From NCBI GenBank assembly GCA_043745805.1, contig JAYTSD010000014.1, positions 61,364-125,363 on the forward strand: a stretch of DNA of 64,000 nucleotides, given 5' to 3'. This document shows, piece after piece, positions 28,082 to 37,781 of this stretch (positions are counted from its first letter, which is position 1; every line of letters starts with the position of its first letter). A program made the position numbers and the translations under genes. Under the pieces are notes generated by a model. The model ran no database searches, was not told the origin of the DNA, and was given only the letters and a program-made list of their open reading frames with translations. Source of the DNA: Fibrobacteria bacterium (lineage in GTDB: Bacteria > Fibrobacterota > Fibrobacteria > UBA11236).

Positions 28082-28864
28082 CTATTTTTCGCGACGCTTA
28101 GCAAGTGCCGAAAACGCTTCGACAAAAGCATCCGCTTCGGTTTTTATCGGTGAACCACTCATCACACCTTGGCGACCAATAAATTTATCCAGAATCACAA
28201 TGCCTTGTGGTCCAATATAAAATTGACGAATATCCTTGGCATGTTGGCTCCCGCGCATTTTCAATACCAAAATAGCTTTGGAAATAGCACTATCAATTTC
28301 CACATATCGCAAAATGAAATAATTATCAGCAATAAATGGTGCTTGCGAAAGACTGCTCGTGTCGCCCAAGAGATTATTGTTTTCGCGTAGTAACAAAGCG
28401 GTTACGCCTTCGCGTTTCAAGCTACTGATGAAATTAAATTCCATTTCGCGCAATTCATCTTTTTCTTCGGCCGCATATTCAAAATGCGTGAGCGAATCCA
28501 CTAAGCAACGTTTAATACCTAATTCATCGATTAAGTTTTCGATGGATCCGCCAATTTCTTCTATCTCTTGCAAAATCAATTCTGGTTCTGAAAAAATAAT
28601 TTTCAGCAAACCTTGCTCTTCATATTTTTTAAGATCCCAACCAAAATTTAACGCATCATGATAATACTGCGCAGGAAATTCTTCGAAGGTAATCACTAAA
28701 CCCGGTTCATTGAATTGTTCAATGCCGTTCACAATAAACTGCAAACCCAAAGTGGTTTTGCCAGTGCCTGGCGCACCTTCTATGACTGTAGCGCTGCCTT
28801 TAACTACGCCTCCGTCGATCATTTTGTCTAAGGCTTCTATTCCGAAAGGGCTTCTTTCAAGCAT
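28082..28864 (-). CDS. Single-domain KaiC/RAD55-like ATPase
   Basis: GIEALDKMIDGG, GAPGTGKT, TFEE, VDSL, VLKMRGSQH. Confidence 0.92.
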   Translation of the reverse strand: MLERSPFGIEALDKMIDGGVVKGSATVIEGAPGTGKTTLGLQFIVNGIEQFNEPGLVITFEEFPAQYYHDALNFGWDLKKYEEQGLLKIIFSEPELILQEIEEIGGSIENLIDELGIKRCLVDSLTHFEYAAEEKDELREMEFNFISSLKREGVTALLLRENNNLLGDTSSLSQAPFIADNYFILRYVEIDSAISKAILVLKMRGSQHAKDIRQFYIGPQGIVILDKFIGRQGVMSGSPIKTEADAFVEAFSALAKRREK

Positions 28865-28921
28865 ATGTCCTCATGGGGATAAAGAGTGTTGTCAATTTTG
28901 GATTTAAAATTTTTATTCCTG

Positions 28922-29881
28922 TTATTCTTTCCAGTGCTGACTTACCGCTGCAGGATTTAATAAAGCTAAGAGTACAGCCTTTTGCGCATGTAACCGATTT
29001 TCCGCTTCATCAAAGCAAAGGCTAGCAGGTGAACTCATGACATCCGCAGTAATTTCTTCTCCCCGATGTGCCGGCAAACAATGCGAGACCAAACAATCCG
29101 CAGGAGCATGGCTTAAAAGCTGTGCATTAATTTGAAAGCCTTGAAAATGTTTTTTCTTTTCTGCTTCCTGGCTTTCCTCACCCATGCTTACCCATACATC
29201 AGTATACAATACATCGGCATCTTTCACCGCGCTCATCACATCCTGCGTCGTTACAAAGGAGGTTCCACGCTCGATAAACAAAGGCTTTAATTTCGCTTGG
29301 ATTTTTTCCGGTTGTTCATAACCCACTGGGCAAGCCAAAGTAAAATGCATGCCCATTTTTCCCGCGAGCACCGCCAAGGAGTTGGCCACATTATTTCCAT
29401 CGCCAATAAAAACAAGCTTACGTCCTGTTAAAGATGTTTTCTTTTCAATAAGGGTTTGCGCAAAAGCCAAAGCTTGACAAGGATGAAATAAATCCGTCAA
29501 AGCATTCACTACTGGCACCGTCGCATGCTTGGCCAAATCAAGCACTAGATCATGACTAAAAGTACGCGCCACAATCACATCTACCCACCGCGAAAGGCTA
29601 GACGCTGCATCTTCGACACTTTCTCTTTTGCCTAAAGAAATTTGTTCGGGATTTAAATTCACTGCCGCACCACCCAATTGCACCATGCCCACTTCAAATG
29701 TAACGCGTGTACGCAAGCTAGGTTTTTCGAATATCATCGCCGCGGTGCGACCTTTGAGTAAATCACAGCTTCCATGGGCTTTGTGATCCGCTTTTATCCA
29801 TTGCGCCAAATCCAATAGAGACTGGATATGGCGGGGCTCTAAGTCGAGCAAGGTGATGAAATCATTAAACTTTTTATTCAT
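28922..29881 (-). CDS. argF: Ornithine carbamoyltransferase
   Basis: FEKPSLRTR, HPCQ, GDGNN, YTDVWVSMG, HCLPAHRG, EAENR. Confidence 0.96.
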   Translation of the reverse strand: MNKKFNDFITLLDLEPRHIQSLLDLAQWIKADHKAHGSCDLLKGRTAAMIFEKPSLRTRVTFEVGMVQLGGAAVNLNPEQISLGKRESVEDAASSLSRWVDVIVARTFSHDLVLDLAKHATVPVVNALTDLFHPCQALAFAQTLIEKKTSLTGRKLVFIGDGNNVANSLAVLAGKMGMHFTLACPVGYEQPEKIQAKLKPLFIERGTSFVTTQDVMSAVKDADVLYTDVWVSMGEESQEAEKKKHFQGFQINAQLLSHAPADCLVSHCLPAHRGEEITADVMSSPASLCFDEAENRLHAQKAVLLALLNPAAVSQHWKE

Positions 29882-30083
29882 AAAACTTTATCCGGTTAGT
29901 ATAAACCTTCACTTGAATCTAAACAAGTGAATTCAAATGAAAACAAAGGAAATAAAGGAAATAAAGGCTGTCGCCCTTTTTTCTCCTAGTAATAGAAAGT
30001 AAAAATTAATCCCCTGAGTTGAAATGCGCTGTATGTTCCCAGCCTATTCGATATTACATTTTGATTTCTCTGAAGGGAATACC

Positions 30084-30926
30084 ATGCTTTGTTATGCCAA
30101 AATAAATTTATTCTTGGAAATACAAGATAAAAGGCCCGATGGTTATCATAATTTAGGAACGCTTTTTCAAACCCTAGAATGCTCCGATAGCCTAGAAGCA
30201 GAGCCTTTCCCCATTATTGATTTAATTTGTCCGGAGGGAATTACCGCTGCTCCCGAACAAAATTTGATTTTGCGTGCTGCACAACTTTTGCATAAAACTT
30301 ATGCAAATCGCCTATGCCCCGAAATGGGAATAAAATTTCATTTACAAAAAAACCTCCCTATGGGCGCAGGCTTAGGTGGTGGCAGCTCAAATGCCGCAGC
30401 GGCTTTATTATTATGTAATGATTTATGGAATCTCCAACTCAAGCCTGAGGATTTAATCCCCTTGGCAGCGACTTTGGGGGCCGATGTGCCGTTTTTTTTA
30501 ATGGGCGGAACTTTTTTTGGCGAAGGTAAAGGGGACCTTTTAAAACCCGCACCGGAACCGTTTCCTTTTCATGTGGTCATTGCCACACCTCATTGTCATG
30601 TGCCTACAGCTTGGGCCTATGCGCAGTTAAAACCTAAAACCAAATACGAATGGGGGAAATTTAAAGCCCTGTATAATGTGTATTGCGAGGATCCTGGATT
30701 TTATAATGTTTTAAAAAATGACTTTGAAGCCCCCATGCGTGCGCATTTCCCTGTAATGGAAAATCTATTTCAAAATATCGCCAATTTTGCACCGACCAAA
30801 GCCATGCTTTCGGGAAGTGGCGCCAGTGTATTTGCCTTATTTAAAAATCTTCCTGATGCCGAAGCCTGTTTGCAAGGCGTATCTTCGCAATGTCGTTATT
30901 CAATCTTAACAAAGTTTACTTTTTAA
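30084..30926 (+). CDS. ispE: 4-diphosphocytidyl-2-C-methyl-D-erythritol kinase
   Basis: AKINLFLEI..RPDGYH, KNLPMGAGLGGGSSNAA, GADVPFF, LSGSG. Confidence 0.95.
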   Translation: MLCYAKINLFLEIQDKRPDGYHNLGTLFQTLECSDSLEAEPFPIIDLICPEGITAAPEQNLILRAAQLLHKTYANRLCPEMGIKFHLQKNLPMGAGLGGGSSNAAAALLLCNDLWNLQLKPEDLIPLAATLGADVPFFLMGGTFFGEGKGDLLKPAPEPFPFHVVIATPHCHVPTAWAYAQLKPKTKYEWGKFKALYNVYCEDPGFYNVLKNDFEAPMRAHFPVMENLFQNIANFAPTKAMLSGSGASVFALFKNLPDAEACLQGVSSQCRYSILTKFTF

Positions 30927-30946
30927 CTTTTTTTGCAACGAAACAA

Positions 30947-30975
30947 TTGCCTAAATCGAGCTTTTGATTTAACTT
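30947..30975 (+). promoter_or_regulatory. Putative sigma70 promoter of tRNA-Leu
   Basis: TTGCCT-N17-TAACTT ~20 nt upstream of the tRNA. Confidence 0.4.
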
Positions 30976-30996
30976 TCCGACCCTTTCAAGCTGTGC

Positions 30997-31083
30997 GCCT
31001 GGGTGGCGGAATTGGTAGACGCTGAGGACTTAAAATCCTTTGATCGTAAGGTCGTACGAGTTCAATTCTCGTCCCGGGCACCA
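30997..31083 (+). tRNA. tRNA-Leu (anticodon TAA)
   Basis: Acceptor GCCTGGG/CCCGGGC-A-CCA; D-loop GGAATTGGTAGAC; anticodon arm GAGGA-CTTAAAA-TCCTT; long variable arm; T-loop GTTCAA. Confidence 0.97.
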
Positions 31084-31108
31084 GCTTGAATAATAATGCG
31101 AGATTATA

Positions 31109-31663
31109 GTGGACAATACTAAAAGCAAGGCTGTTTTTTTAGACCGCGATGGGACTTTAAATACCGAAGTCAACTATCTCTCACGCTTTGAAGATTTTAT
31201 CGTTATTCCCGAAGCCATTGCCGGCTTACAAGCCTTGCAGCAATTAGGCTATCGTCTTTTTGTCATTACCAATCAAAGTGGTGTGGCACGCAAATATTTT
31301 ACTTATCAAGCCGTAATTGATTTGAATGCTCAAATTCAAGATTATTTTAAACATCAGAATGTTTTTATCGAAGAGTTTGCCTTTTGCCCGCATCATCCCT
31401 ACGGTATCGATCCGGAATACACTAAAGAATGTGATTGCAGAAAACCTATGCCGGGCATGATTTTTCAATTGCAAAGAAAGTATAATCTAGATCTAAGTCA
31501 AAGTTATATGGTCGGTGATAAACTGGTCGATGCTGAGGCTGGATTTAATGCGGGAACAAAAAGTGCCTTAGTTAAAACGGGACATCCTTATAAACTTGAC
31601 AAGGGTTCCAATATAAAGGAATTTAACACACTACTAGATTTTGCAAAAAGTCTTAGTGTTTGA
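31109..31663 (+). CDS. gmhB: D-glycero-D-manno-heptose 1,7-bisphosphate phosphatase (HAD IIIA)
   Basis: FLDRDGTL, ITNQSG, CPHHP..CDCRKP, MVGD. Confidence 0.9.
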   Translation: MDNTKSKAVFLDRDGTLNTEVNYLSRFEDFIVIPEAIAGLQALQQLGYRLFVITNQSGVARKYFTYQAVIDLNAQIQDYFKHQNVFIEEFAFCPHHPYGIDPEYTKECDCRKPMPGMIFQLQRKYNLDLSQSYMVGDKLVDAEAGFNAGTKSALVKTGHPYKLDKGSNIKEFNTLLDFAKSLSV

Positions 31664-31706
31664 CTTCAAGGACAATGAACCATATTTTAAGACAAATCGA
31701 GGAAAC

Positions 31707-32096
31707 ATGGACGATCTCGAAATCATAGCCAACCTTTACAATACTCATCAACTTGATGGCATTTGCCAACATTTATTGGAGTTTGTAAAAAGGCATCGCA
31801 CGGAAATTTTAGCTATGGCGCATAAATCCAAAGCCAAAAATATTTTAATCGATGCCACCAAACAGCTTGTGCAACATCGTGGATCCATTCATCTCCCTTC
31901 GGAAATGGCAGATCAAATTCGCGAAATCAATAATGAAATTTGGTATCGCGGAGAACATGCGGATTATGATCGATCCAAAATTCAGGAAGAGTGGGCGATG
32001 AAATATGCTTCCATGTGGCGCAGCTTTCGCATTAAAGAAATTCTTTATGTAGCCGATCAAAAGGCCAATGAAATCGAAACGATATTACGCGCTTGA
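31707..32096 (+). CDS. Hypothetical protein (DUF4032-like C-terminal W-rich helix motif)
   Basis: ATG 31707 after GAGG; EI..EIWYRGE....EEWAMKYASMWR. Confidence 0.6.
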   Translation: MDDLEIIANLYNTHQLDGICQHLLEFVKRHRTEILAMAHKSKAKNILIDATKQLVQHRGSIHLPSEMADQIREINNEIWYRGEHADYDRSKIQEEWAMKYASMWRSFRIKEILYVADQKANEIETILRA

Positions 32097-32758
32097 ACTC
32101 TTTGCCGGAAGATAAACTCCCCACCCAGCCTGATGAAGAAGGCGGACGTATGTTTGCTTTTTTTGAACGCCTCAAAACGATGAGCTCCATTAAACGCTTT
32201 GGCACTTTGCCGATGCTAGAAAATGAAAGTGTGGCTGCACATTCCTATAATGTGGCGATACTCGCACTCATGATTGCGGATTATGAAAATGATCCTGCTA
32301 TAAATCGTGAAGCGGTTTTGCGCAAAGCGCTCTTTCATGATTTTGAAGAAACTATTTTAAGTGATATTCCGCATCCAATTAAGCATCGTTTTAAAGGCGG
32401 CATGCTCGGCAAACTGCTAAAAGAAATTGTTCCCGAACTCATTGAACAAGAAATTTTTAAAGAATTGCCGGAAGTATTACGGAAAATTTATGTGGCCTCT
32501 GCCCTTACCGCTAAAGAAGATTTAGAGGGTCAAGTGGTGGGCGCTGCGGATGCAATGGATATTTTGGTCACCGCCTTGCGGGAATTAAAATTAGGCAATC
32601 GTTACTTTGAAAATATTTTTGATGTGGGCGTAAAAATGCTCGAAAAGTACACGTATTTTAAATTTGCTAAAATCTTTTTGGACAATGCCATAGAATATCG
32701 CTACAAAGGGGAAAAGCCCCATTCCAACCCTACCTTTTCCGACGAATTTGTAGGGTAA
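32093..32758 (+). CDS. HD-domain 5'-deoxynucleotidase (YfbR-like)
   Basis: IKRF..ESVAAHSY, ALFHD.EE..SDIPHPIK, AAD. Confidence 0.85.
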   Translation: MNSLPEDKLPTQPDEEGGRMFAFFERLKTMSSIKRFGTLPMLENESVAAHSYNVAILALMIADYENDPAINREAVLRKALFHDFEETILSDIPHPIKHRFKGGMLGKLLKEIVPELIEQEIFKELPEVLRKIYVASALTAKEDLEGQVVGAADAMDILVTALRELKLGNRYFENIFDVGVKMLEKYTYFKFAKIFLDNAIEYRYKGEKPHSNPTFSDEFVG

Positions 32759-32791
32759 CTTAAAGGTTAACTCACTAAATAAATTTGCTGC

Positions 32792-33205
32792 CTAGCCTAA
32801 ATATAAAAGGCCATACACTATAGCCACAGCCATCCCTAAATTCAAAACATTATCCACTTGATTAAAGACATGTTTTTTTCGTGTATAACCTGAAGCCTCA
32901 AAAACACTTCTTTCCGTCCACCAGCCCATAGCGGCGGTCATAACAAACTTCACCGCACATAATACTAGTAAGCTTATTTTAAGTTGAGTAATGTAAAGTA
33001 AAATCAAATATCCTAAGGGCAAGATCACATAAAATATCCAGCCTAAGTTTTTCATTTGGCCTTCGGCTTCTTTGGATAAAGTTAAAGCTTTAAACTCAGC
33101 AATTTTTTCCAGCAAATAGGCATAAGAATTAGTGATTTGATAAGTATTCAATCCTGCATAAATAACAGTGAGTACAATGGAAATTTTGGTATACAATAAT
33201 ATCAT
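32792..33205 (-). CDS. Hypothetical membrane protein
   Basis: About four hydrophobic segments; co-oriented downstream of rsgA. Confidence 0.65.
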   Translation of the reverse strand: MILLYTKISIVLTVIYAGLNTYQITNSYAYLLEKIAEFKALTLSKEAEGQMKNLGWIFYVILPLGYLILLYITQLKISLLVLCAVKFVMTAAMGWWTERSVFEASGYTRKKHVFNQVDNVLNLGMAVAIVYGLLYLG

Positions 33206-33217
33206 GATCTTTGAATT

Positions 33218-34123
33218 TTATGGTTTAGCTAAGGAATCTAAAATTCGCCAATAACTTTGATAGCGATCCCACATCATGGGATGCGACTGCGCCGCAGCCA
33301 ACAAAGCACAGCCAGGTTCATGATGATGATGGCAATTGCGAAATTTACACTTACCCAAATAAGGCACGAAGTCACGAAAACACGAAGCGAGATTTTCCGG
33401 CGCCATTCCCCAAATACCTAATTCACGAATACCTGGCGTATCAATAAGGTAACTTTGAGAGGATAAGGTATATACATGCGAAGATGTTGTGGTATGTCGT
33501 CCTTTCCCTTCGCCTTTACGCACTTCATTAATAAGCGGATCGGCATCAGGACAAAGCACTTTAATCATAGACGATTTTCCTGCTCCCGAAGGACCACTTA
33601 AAACTGCGATTTGACCCGCTAAAATTTCTTTTAACTGCTCCAAGCCTTCTCCAGTTTTTGCTGAGCAAACTACAACCGGATAACCTAATTCTTGTAGATA
33701 AGGAATTTCTTCGGGAAGGCCTTCATATAAATCACATTTGTTCAAACAAATTAAAGCATTCAATCCACACTGTTCCGCTATCACTAAATAGCGATCTAAA
33801 AGACGGGGATTAAAATCGGGATTTTTTAAAGCCATCACAATAAGTAGTCGATCAATATTCGCGGCTAAAACCAATTCTTCATGCGCCCTATCTTTGGGAC
33901 CTGGGCGCGATATTTTATTGATGCGCGGCAAAATCTCCAGAATCATCGGCTCTTGTTGCGTGTTACCTTCGGTGAAAAGTACGTTATCGCCCACCGAAAA
34001 ATTGGAAAAGGGCTTCAGATTAAAAGTGGGATTGTATTGGCAAGTAAACTCCAAGCCTTCGCGATCACGTACCAAAGCGGTACGTCGATTCACTTCCACA
34101 ATTAATCCTTCGCGACTATTCAT
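33218..34123 (-). CDS. rsgA: Ribosome small subunit-dependent GTPase A
   Basis: AANID, NKCD, GPSGAGKSS, GRHTTT, DTPG, CKFRNC.H..EPGC. Confidence 0.96.
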   Translation of the reverse strand: MNSREGLIVEVNRRTALVRDREGLEFTCQYNPTFNLKPFSNFSVGDNVLFTEGNTQQEPMILEILPRINKISRPGPKDRAHEELVLAANIDRLLIVMALKNPDFNPRLLDRYLVIAEQCGLNALICLNKCDLYEGLPEEIPYLQELGYPVVVCSAKTGEGLEQLKEILAGQIAVLSGPSGAGKSSMIKVLCPDADPLINEVRKGEGKGRHTTTSSHVYTLSSQSYLIDTPGIRELGIWGMAPENLASCFRDFVPYLGKCKFRNCHHHHEPGCALLAAAQSHPMMWDRYQSYWRILDSLAKP

Positions 34124-36039
34124 GCACTTAAATACGCATATTCCGAATAAAGATCATTTACTTGTTTTTCAGCATTCGTTTTGGCTTCGGCTTTTTCTCG
34201 CGTCTTTTCCCCATTGGAAAAAACTTCTGGCAAACACAATTCATCATTGAGTTTCACAATCGAAGCTTCTAATACTTCAATTTCTTTTTCAATTTCCGTT
34301 AAGCGCTTTTCGGCCTTGCGTTTTTGCTTATCTAATTCTTTTTTATCGCCGCGCGAGTCCCCACTGGATTTGGTTTCCTCCGCTTGACCTTTATTTTTGC
34401 CACCCGATTTTGAAGGAGAATCATTTCCTTCTTCATCCCCTTGATCGGTGGCAATACGGTAACAATAATAAGCATAGTCTCCTGGATACTCCGTCACACG
34501 GCCACCTTTAACGAGTACCACGCGCGTCGCTAAGCGTTCCACAAAATAGCGATCATGCGATACAAAAATCACCGTGCCGGTAAAATCTTGTACCGCTTGC
34601 AAAAGCAATTTCTTAGAATCCATATCTAAATGATTAGTCGGTTCATCAAGTACCAATACATTACAGTCGCGCAAGAGCAAGCGACAAAGACGCACGCGCG
34701 CTCTTTCCCCACCTGATAATACCCCATACTTTTTAAACGCATCATCATTACTAAATAGCATACTGCCTAAAATGGCGCGAATTTGTTGGGTAGAAATTTT
34801 AGGATGTGCATCAGCTAATACCGATACCAAATCCATTTCTTTTTCTTGATCGGTAGGCTCTTCATATTGCGCAAAATAACCCACTTGCACATTATGACCC
34901 TTGGTAATCGTGCCTCTATCAGGTTTTTCGAATTGCAATAAAAGTCGCAACAAGGTGGATTTACCTGCTCCATTAGGACCTACAAGCACTAATTTATCAC
35001 CAGCTTTAACGCCGAATTTTCCATCTTTAAATACGGAATTTTCGCCATAACTTTTATCGAGATCTTCTACTTCAAAAACCCATTGTCCTGCAGGAGGCGC
35101 TTCAGGAAAGCGTAAACGCATACGCGCCAAAGAAGTAGGCAATTCGATGCGTTCAATTTTATCCAACATTTTTTGTTTACTTTGTGCTTGCGTAGCCTTA
35201 GAAGCCTTGGCTTTAAAGCGATCTACAAATCGTTCTAAGCTTTTAATTTCATCTTGTTGTTTTTTATACTCGCGCTCCACTTGATCTTGGCGCATGATTT
35301 TTTCTTCTTCGTATTTACTGTACGGCAAAGAATACTGCACCAATTCGCCACCTTGAATTTCCATAACGCAGTCGCAAATTTTATCGACGAATTGCCTATC
35401 ATGAGAAATTAAAAGTAAGGTTCCGGAATAATTGGTTAAATAATTCTCCAGCCACATGATACTTTCCAAATCAAGATGATTTGTCGGTTCATCTAAAAAC
35501 AGGCTTGTAGGTTGGGAAAGTAAAACTTTGGCCAAAGCCACGCGCATTTGCCACCCACCAGAAAACTGATCTAAAGGCTTGTCCTGTTGTTCTGTGGAAA
35601 AGCCTAAGCCCGCTAGTACTTTACGCGTTTGGCTTTCGGCCACATAAAACTCTAAACGAATGAGTTCTTCCTGCAAAAAATCCATGCGAATATATTCCGC
35701 TTCGGTGCCACCGCGTTTGCTTAATTCGGTTTGCAAGGCTTCCAGTTCCGTTTGCCGAGAGATGGCTTCATCAAAAGCCGAATACGCCTCACCAAAAACG
35801 GTTGCATTGGGAGAAACATGTAAATGTTGGCGTAAATAGCCTAAGCGGCTACCTTTGGAAACAATAATTTTCCCGCCCTCGGGTTGAATTTCCTTGCACA
35901 ATATTTTGAGCAAAGTGGATTTCCCCGAGCCATTTGCGCCCGCTAAACATATTTTATCATGGTCACCAAGTTGAAAGGACAAGTCCTCAAAAAGAACTCT
36001 TTCACCATAGCCTAAAGAAATTTTTTGTACGTCTATCAC
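34120..36039 (-). CDS. ABC-F family ATP-binding protein
   Basis: Two ABC cassettes (GANGSGKST/FSGGWQMR; GPNGAGKST/LSGGERAR), LDEPTNHLD twice, C-terminal coiled coil. Confidence 0.95.
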   Translation of the reverse strand: MIDVQKISLGYGERVLFEDLSFQLGDHDKICLAGANGSGKSTLLKILCKEIQPEGGKIIVSKGSRLGYLRQHLHVSPNATVFGEAYSAFDEAISRQTELEALQTELSKRGGTEAEYIRMDFLQEELIRLEFYVAESQTRKVLAGLGFSTEQQDKPLDQFSGGWQMRVALAKVLLSQPTSLFLDEPTNHLDLESIMWLENYLTNYSGTLLLISHDRQFVDKICDCVMEIQGGELVQYSLPYSKYEEEKIMRQDQVEREYKKQQDEIKSLERFVDRFKAKASKATQAQSKQKMLDKIERIELPTSLARMRLRFPEAPPAGQWVFEVEDLDKSYGENSVFKDGKFGVKAGDKLVLVGPNGAGKSTLLRLLLQFEKPDRGTITKGHNVQVGYFAQYEEPTDQEKEMDLVSVLADAHPKISTQQIRAILGSMLFSNDDAFKKYGVLSGGERARVRLCRLLLRDCNVLVLDEPTNHLDMDSKKLLLQAVQDFTGTVIFVSHDRYFVERLATRVVLVKGGRVTEYPGDYAYYCYRIATDQGDEEGNDSPSKSGGKNKGQAEETKSSGDSRGDKKELDKQKRKAEKRLTEIEKEIEVLEASIVKLNDELCLPEVFSNGEKTREKAEAKTNAEKQVNDLYSEYAYLSA

Positions 36040-36083
36040 TGTAATCTTATCTTAAAAAAAAATGAAGGGACAAATCTAGTAAA

Positions 36084-36920
36084 GTGCTTAAAGCTTGGAT
36101 CCAAATTGGCCGCTGGCCTAATGCATTAATCGCCGGAACTAGCGTTTGGCTCGGGTTGGCTTGTCTTGGACAAAGCTTTAATGGACTTTTTGGTTTTTAT
36201 GGTTTTCTAGCCATGGCTTTTTTAGCGGCTGCCGGTAATATTCATAATGATATTGTGGATCTAGCCATTGACCGCATCAATAGGCCGCACAGAGCCTTGG
36301 TGCGAGGAGCCCTTAACATATCCACCGCTTGGGTATCGGCTACGCTACTCACCTTATTCAGCCTATTTTGTGCTTATCAAATATCGCTTTGGCATGGAAT
36401 ACTTACCTTGGCTATGTCAGTGTTACTTTTCTTTTACAATCGAAAATTAAAAGTCATGCCTCTATACGGAAATATGGCCGTAGCCCTGCTTTGTGCTTTA
36501 GCCGTTTATTTTCCTGAATGTCCCTCCCCTCCCCATTTTACTTGGATTCCCATAGTCTTTGCTTTTTTAACAACGTTCGCGCGCGAAATAGCTAAAGATT
36601 GTGAAGATACACTTGGCGATGCGGCGCTGGGCGCCAAAACATTTCCCATTGTTTATGGAGAAAAGTCGGCTAAGCATTTAGTGCAAGCTTTACTTTGGTT
36701 GGTGATATTATTTTTGCCTCTGCCCATTTATCTCGGATCGTATCACAAAGGTTACGCCTTAATGGTGAGCTTAGCAGTTTTGCCCGTATTGGGTTTTATT
36801 TTGCGTAAGCTTTATAAATCAGAAATAAATTGGAATCAAATCCAAAAATTATTAAAAGGCTTAATGTTGATGGGTATGTTGGCTATCGCCTTCGGCGTTT
36901 TGGAGATATTAGCCTTTTAA
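36084..36920 (+). CDS. UbiA-family prenyltransferase, DGGGP-synthase-like
   Basis: NDIVDLAIDRINRPHRALVRG; YNRKLK; REIAKDCEDTLGD; multiple TM helices. Confidence 0.85.
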   Translation: MLKAWIQIGRWPNALIAGTSVWLGLACLGQSFNGLFGFYGFLAMAFLAAAGNIHNDIVDLAIDRINRPHRALVRGALNISTAWVSATLLTLFSLFCAYQISLWHGILTLAMSVLLFFYNRKLKVMPLYGNMAVALLCALAVYFPECPSPPHFTWIPIVFAFLTTFAREIAKDCEDTLGDAALGAKTFPIVYGEKSAKHLVQALLWLVILFLPLPIYLGSYHKGYALMVSLAVLPVLGFILRKLYKSEINWNQIQKLLKGLMLMGMLAIAFGVLEILAF

Positions 36921-37179
36921 TCAACAAGGCCTCAATATGTTAATTGTGAAAACAATCAACATAACTGAGATAATATATGAACCTAGAAAAATATATTTCG
37001 AATTGAAACGAGTTGCACGTTTTATATTAACTCAACTAATGGCTGACAGCTCAATATTTGATCAATTAACTATGACAGGATTACTCAGTCCCGCTTGTCG
37101 TCAGGAGATAAATAAATGAATTTTGAATTCTTTTTTTCATTAAATCAACTATCTAGGCTATGGTGCTAATTTCGGTGGC

Positions 37180-37566
37180 TTAACTGGTGCAGATGCGCAT
37201 ATGTTTTTCCAACCAAGTAGCAATTTCAGGAACCCCTACTTTTTTTTCGATTACTTGCTGAATTAAAAATTTCTCGCCTTCGTTAGCAGTAACTTTCAAT
37301 TGATAGCCATTGGTTCGCAAGAAAATTGCTGTTAGCGCAAAAGCAACTCTCTTATTTCCATCCATAAAACAATGATTCAAAGCCAAGCTTTGCATAATTG
37401 CCGCCGCTTGTTCGGAAAGGGTTGCATAATAACCGGAGCGAGGCCGAGCCAAAGCACTATCCAACAAACCTAAATCACGCACTCCTGCTTGCCCACCAAA
37501 ACGAATAAGCAGTTTTTCATGAAGAAGAAGACATTCTTCAAGTGTAGGGAAAAGGGTGACGTTCAC
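37180..37566 (-). CDS. doc: Death-on-curing (Doc/Fic) toxin
   Basis: GVRDLGLLDSALARP; Fic motif HCFMDGNKR. Confidence 0.92.
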   Translation of the reverse strand: MNVTLFPTLEECLLLHEKLLIRFGGQAGVRDLGLLDSALARPRSGYYATLSEQAAAIMQSLALNHCFMDGNKRVAFALTAIFLRTNGYQLKVTANEGEKFLIQQVIEKKVGVPEIATWLEKHMRICTS

Positions 37567-37775
37567 TTTGCCAAACGTTTTAGTAATTCGGCATTTTCTT
37601 CGATTACTTGATCCATAGCTGTTCGAAAAGCAGGTCGTATTTGAGCCTTAGCTAAATACTCAGCCAAAGCTTCGGAAACGATACTAGATATATTACGCTC
37701 ACTTTTTACAGCATAGGCTTTTAGATCGCTGAGGACTTTGGATTCAACTTGTGAAGCGAATTTAACTTTACTCAT
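37563..37775 (-). CDS. Ribbon-helix-helix antitoxin (Phd-like partner of Doc)
   Basis: KVKFASQV strand, ISSIVSEALAEY helices, C-terminal ENAELLKRLAK; 4-nt overlap with doc. Confidence 0.85.
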   Translation of the reverse strand: MSKVKFASQVESKVLSDLKAYAVKSERNISSIVSEALAEYLAKAQIRPAFRTAMDQVIEENAELLKRLAK

Positions 37776-37781
37776 ATTTAT

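Noticed and set aside
28082-28864. True circadian clock kaiC
   Set aside because: Single RecA-like domain, no kaiA/kaiB, and the canonical S/T phospho-sites are not evident.
30997-31109. tRNA-anchored genomic island
   Set aside because: Flanked by housekeeping genes; no integrase and no duplicated tRNA 3' end seen.
36937-37119. 60-aa ORF between the UbiA gene and doc
   Set aside because: No RBS or recognisable motif in AT-rich DNA; probably spurious or a remnant.
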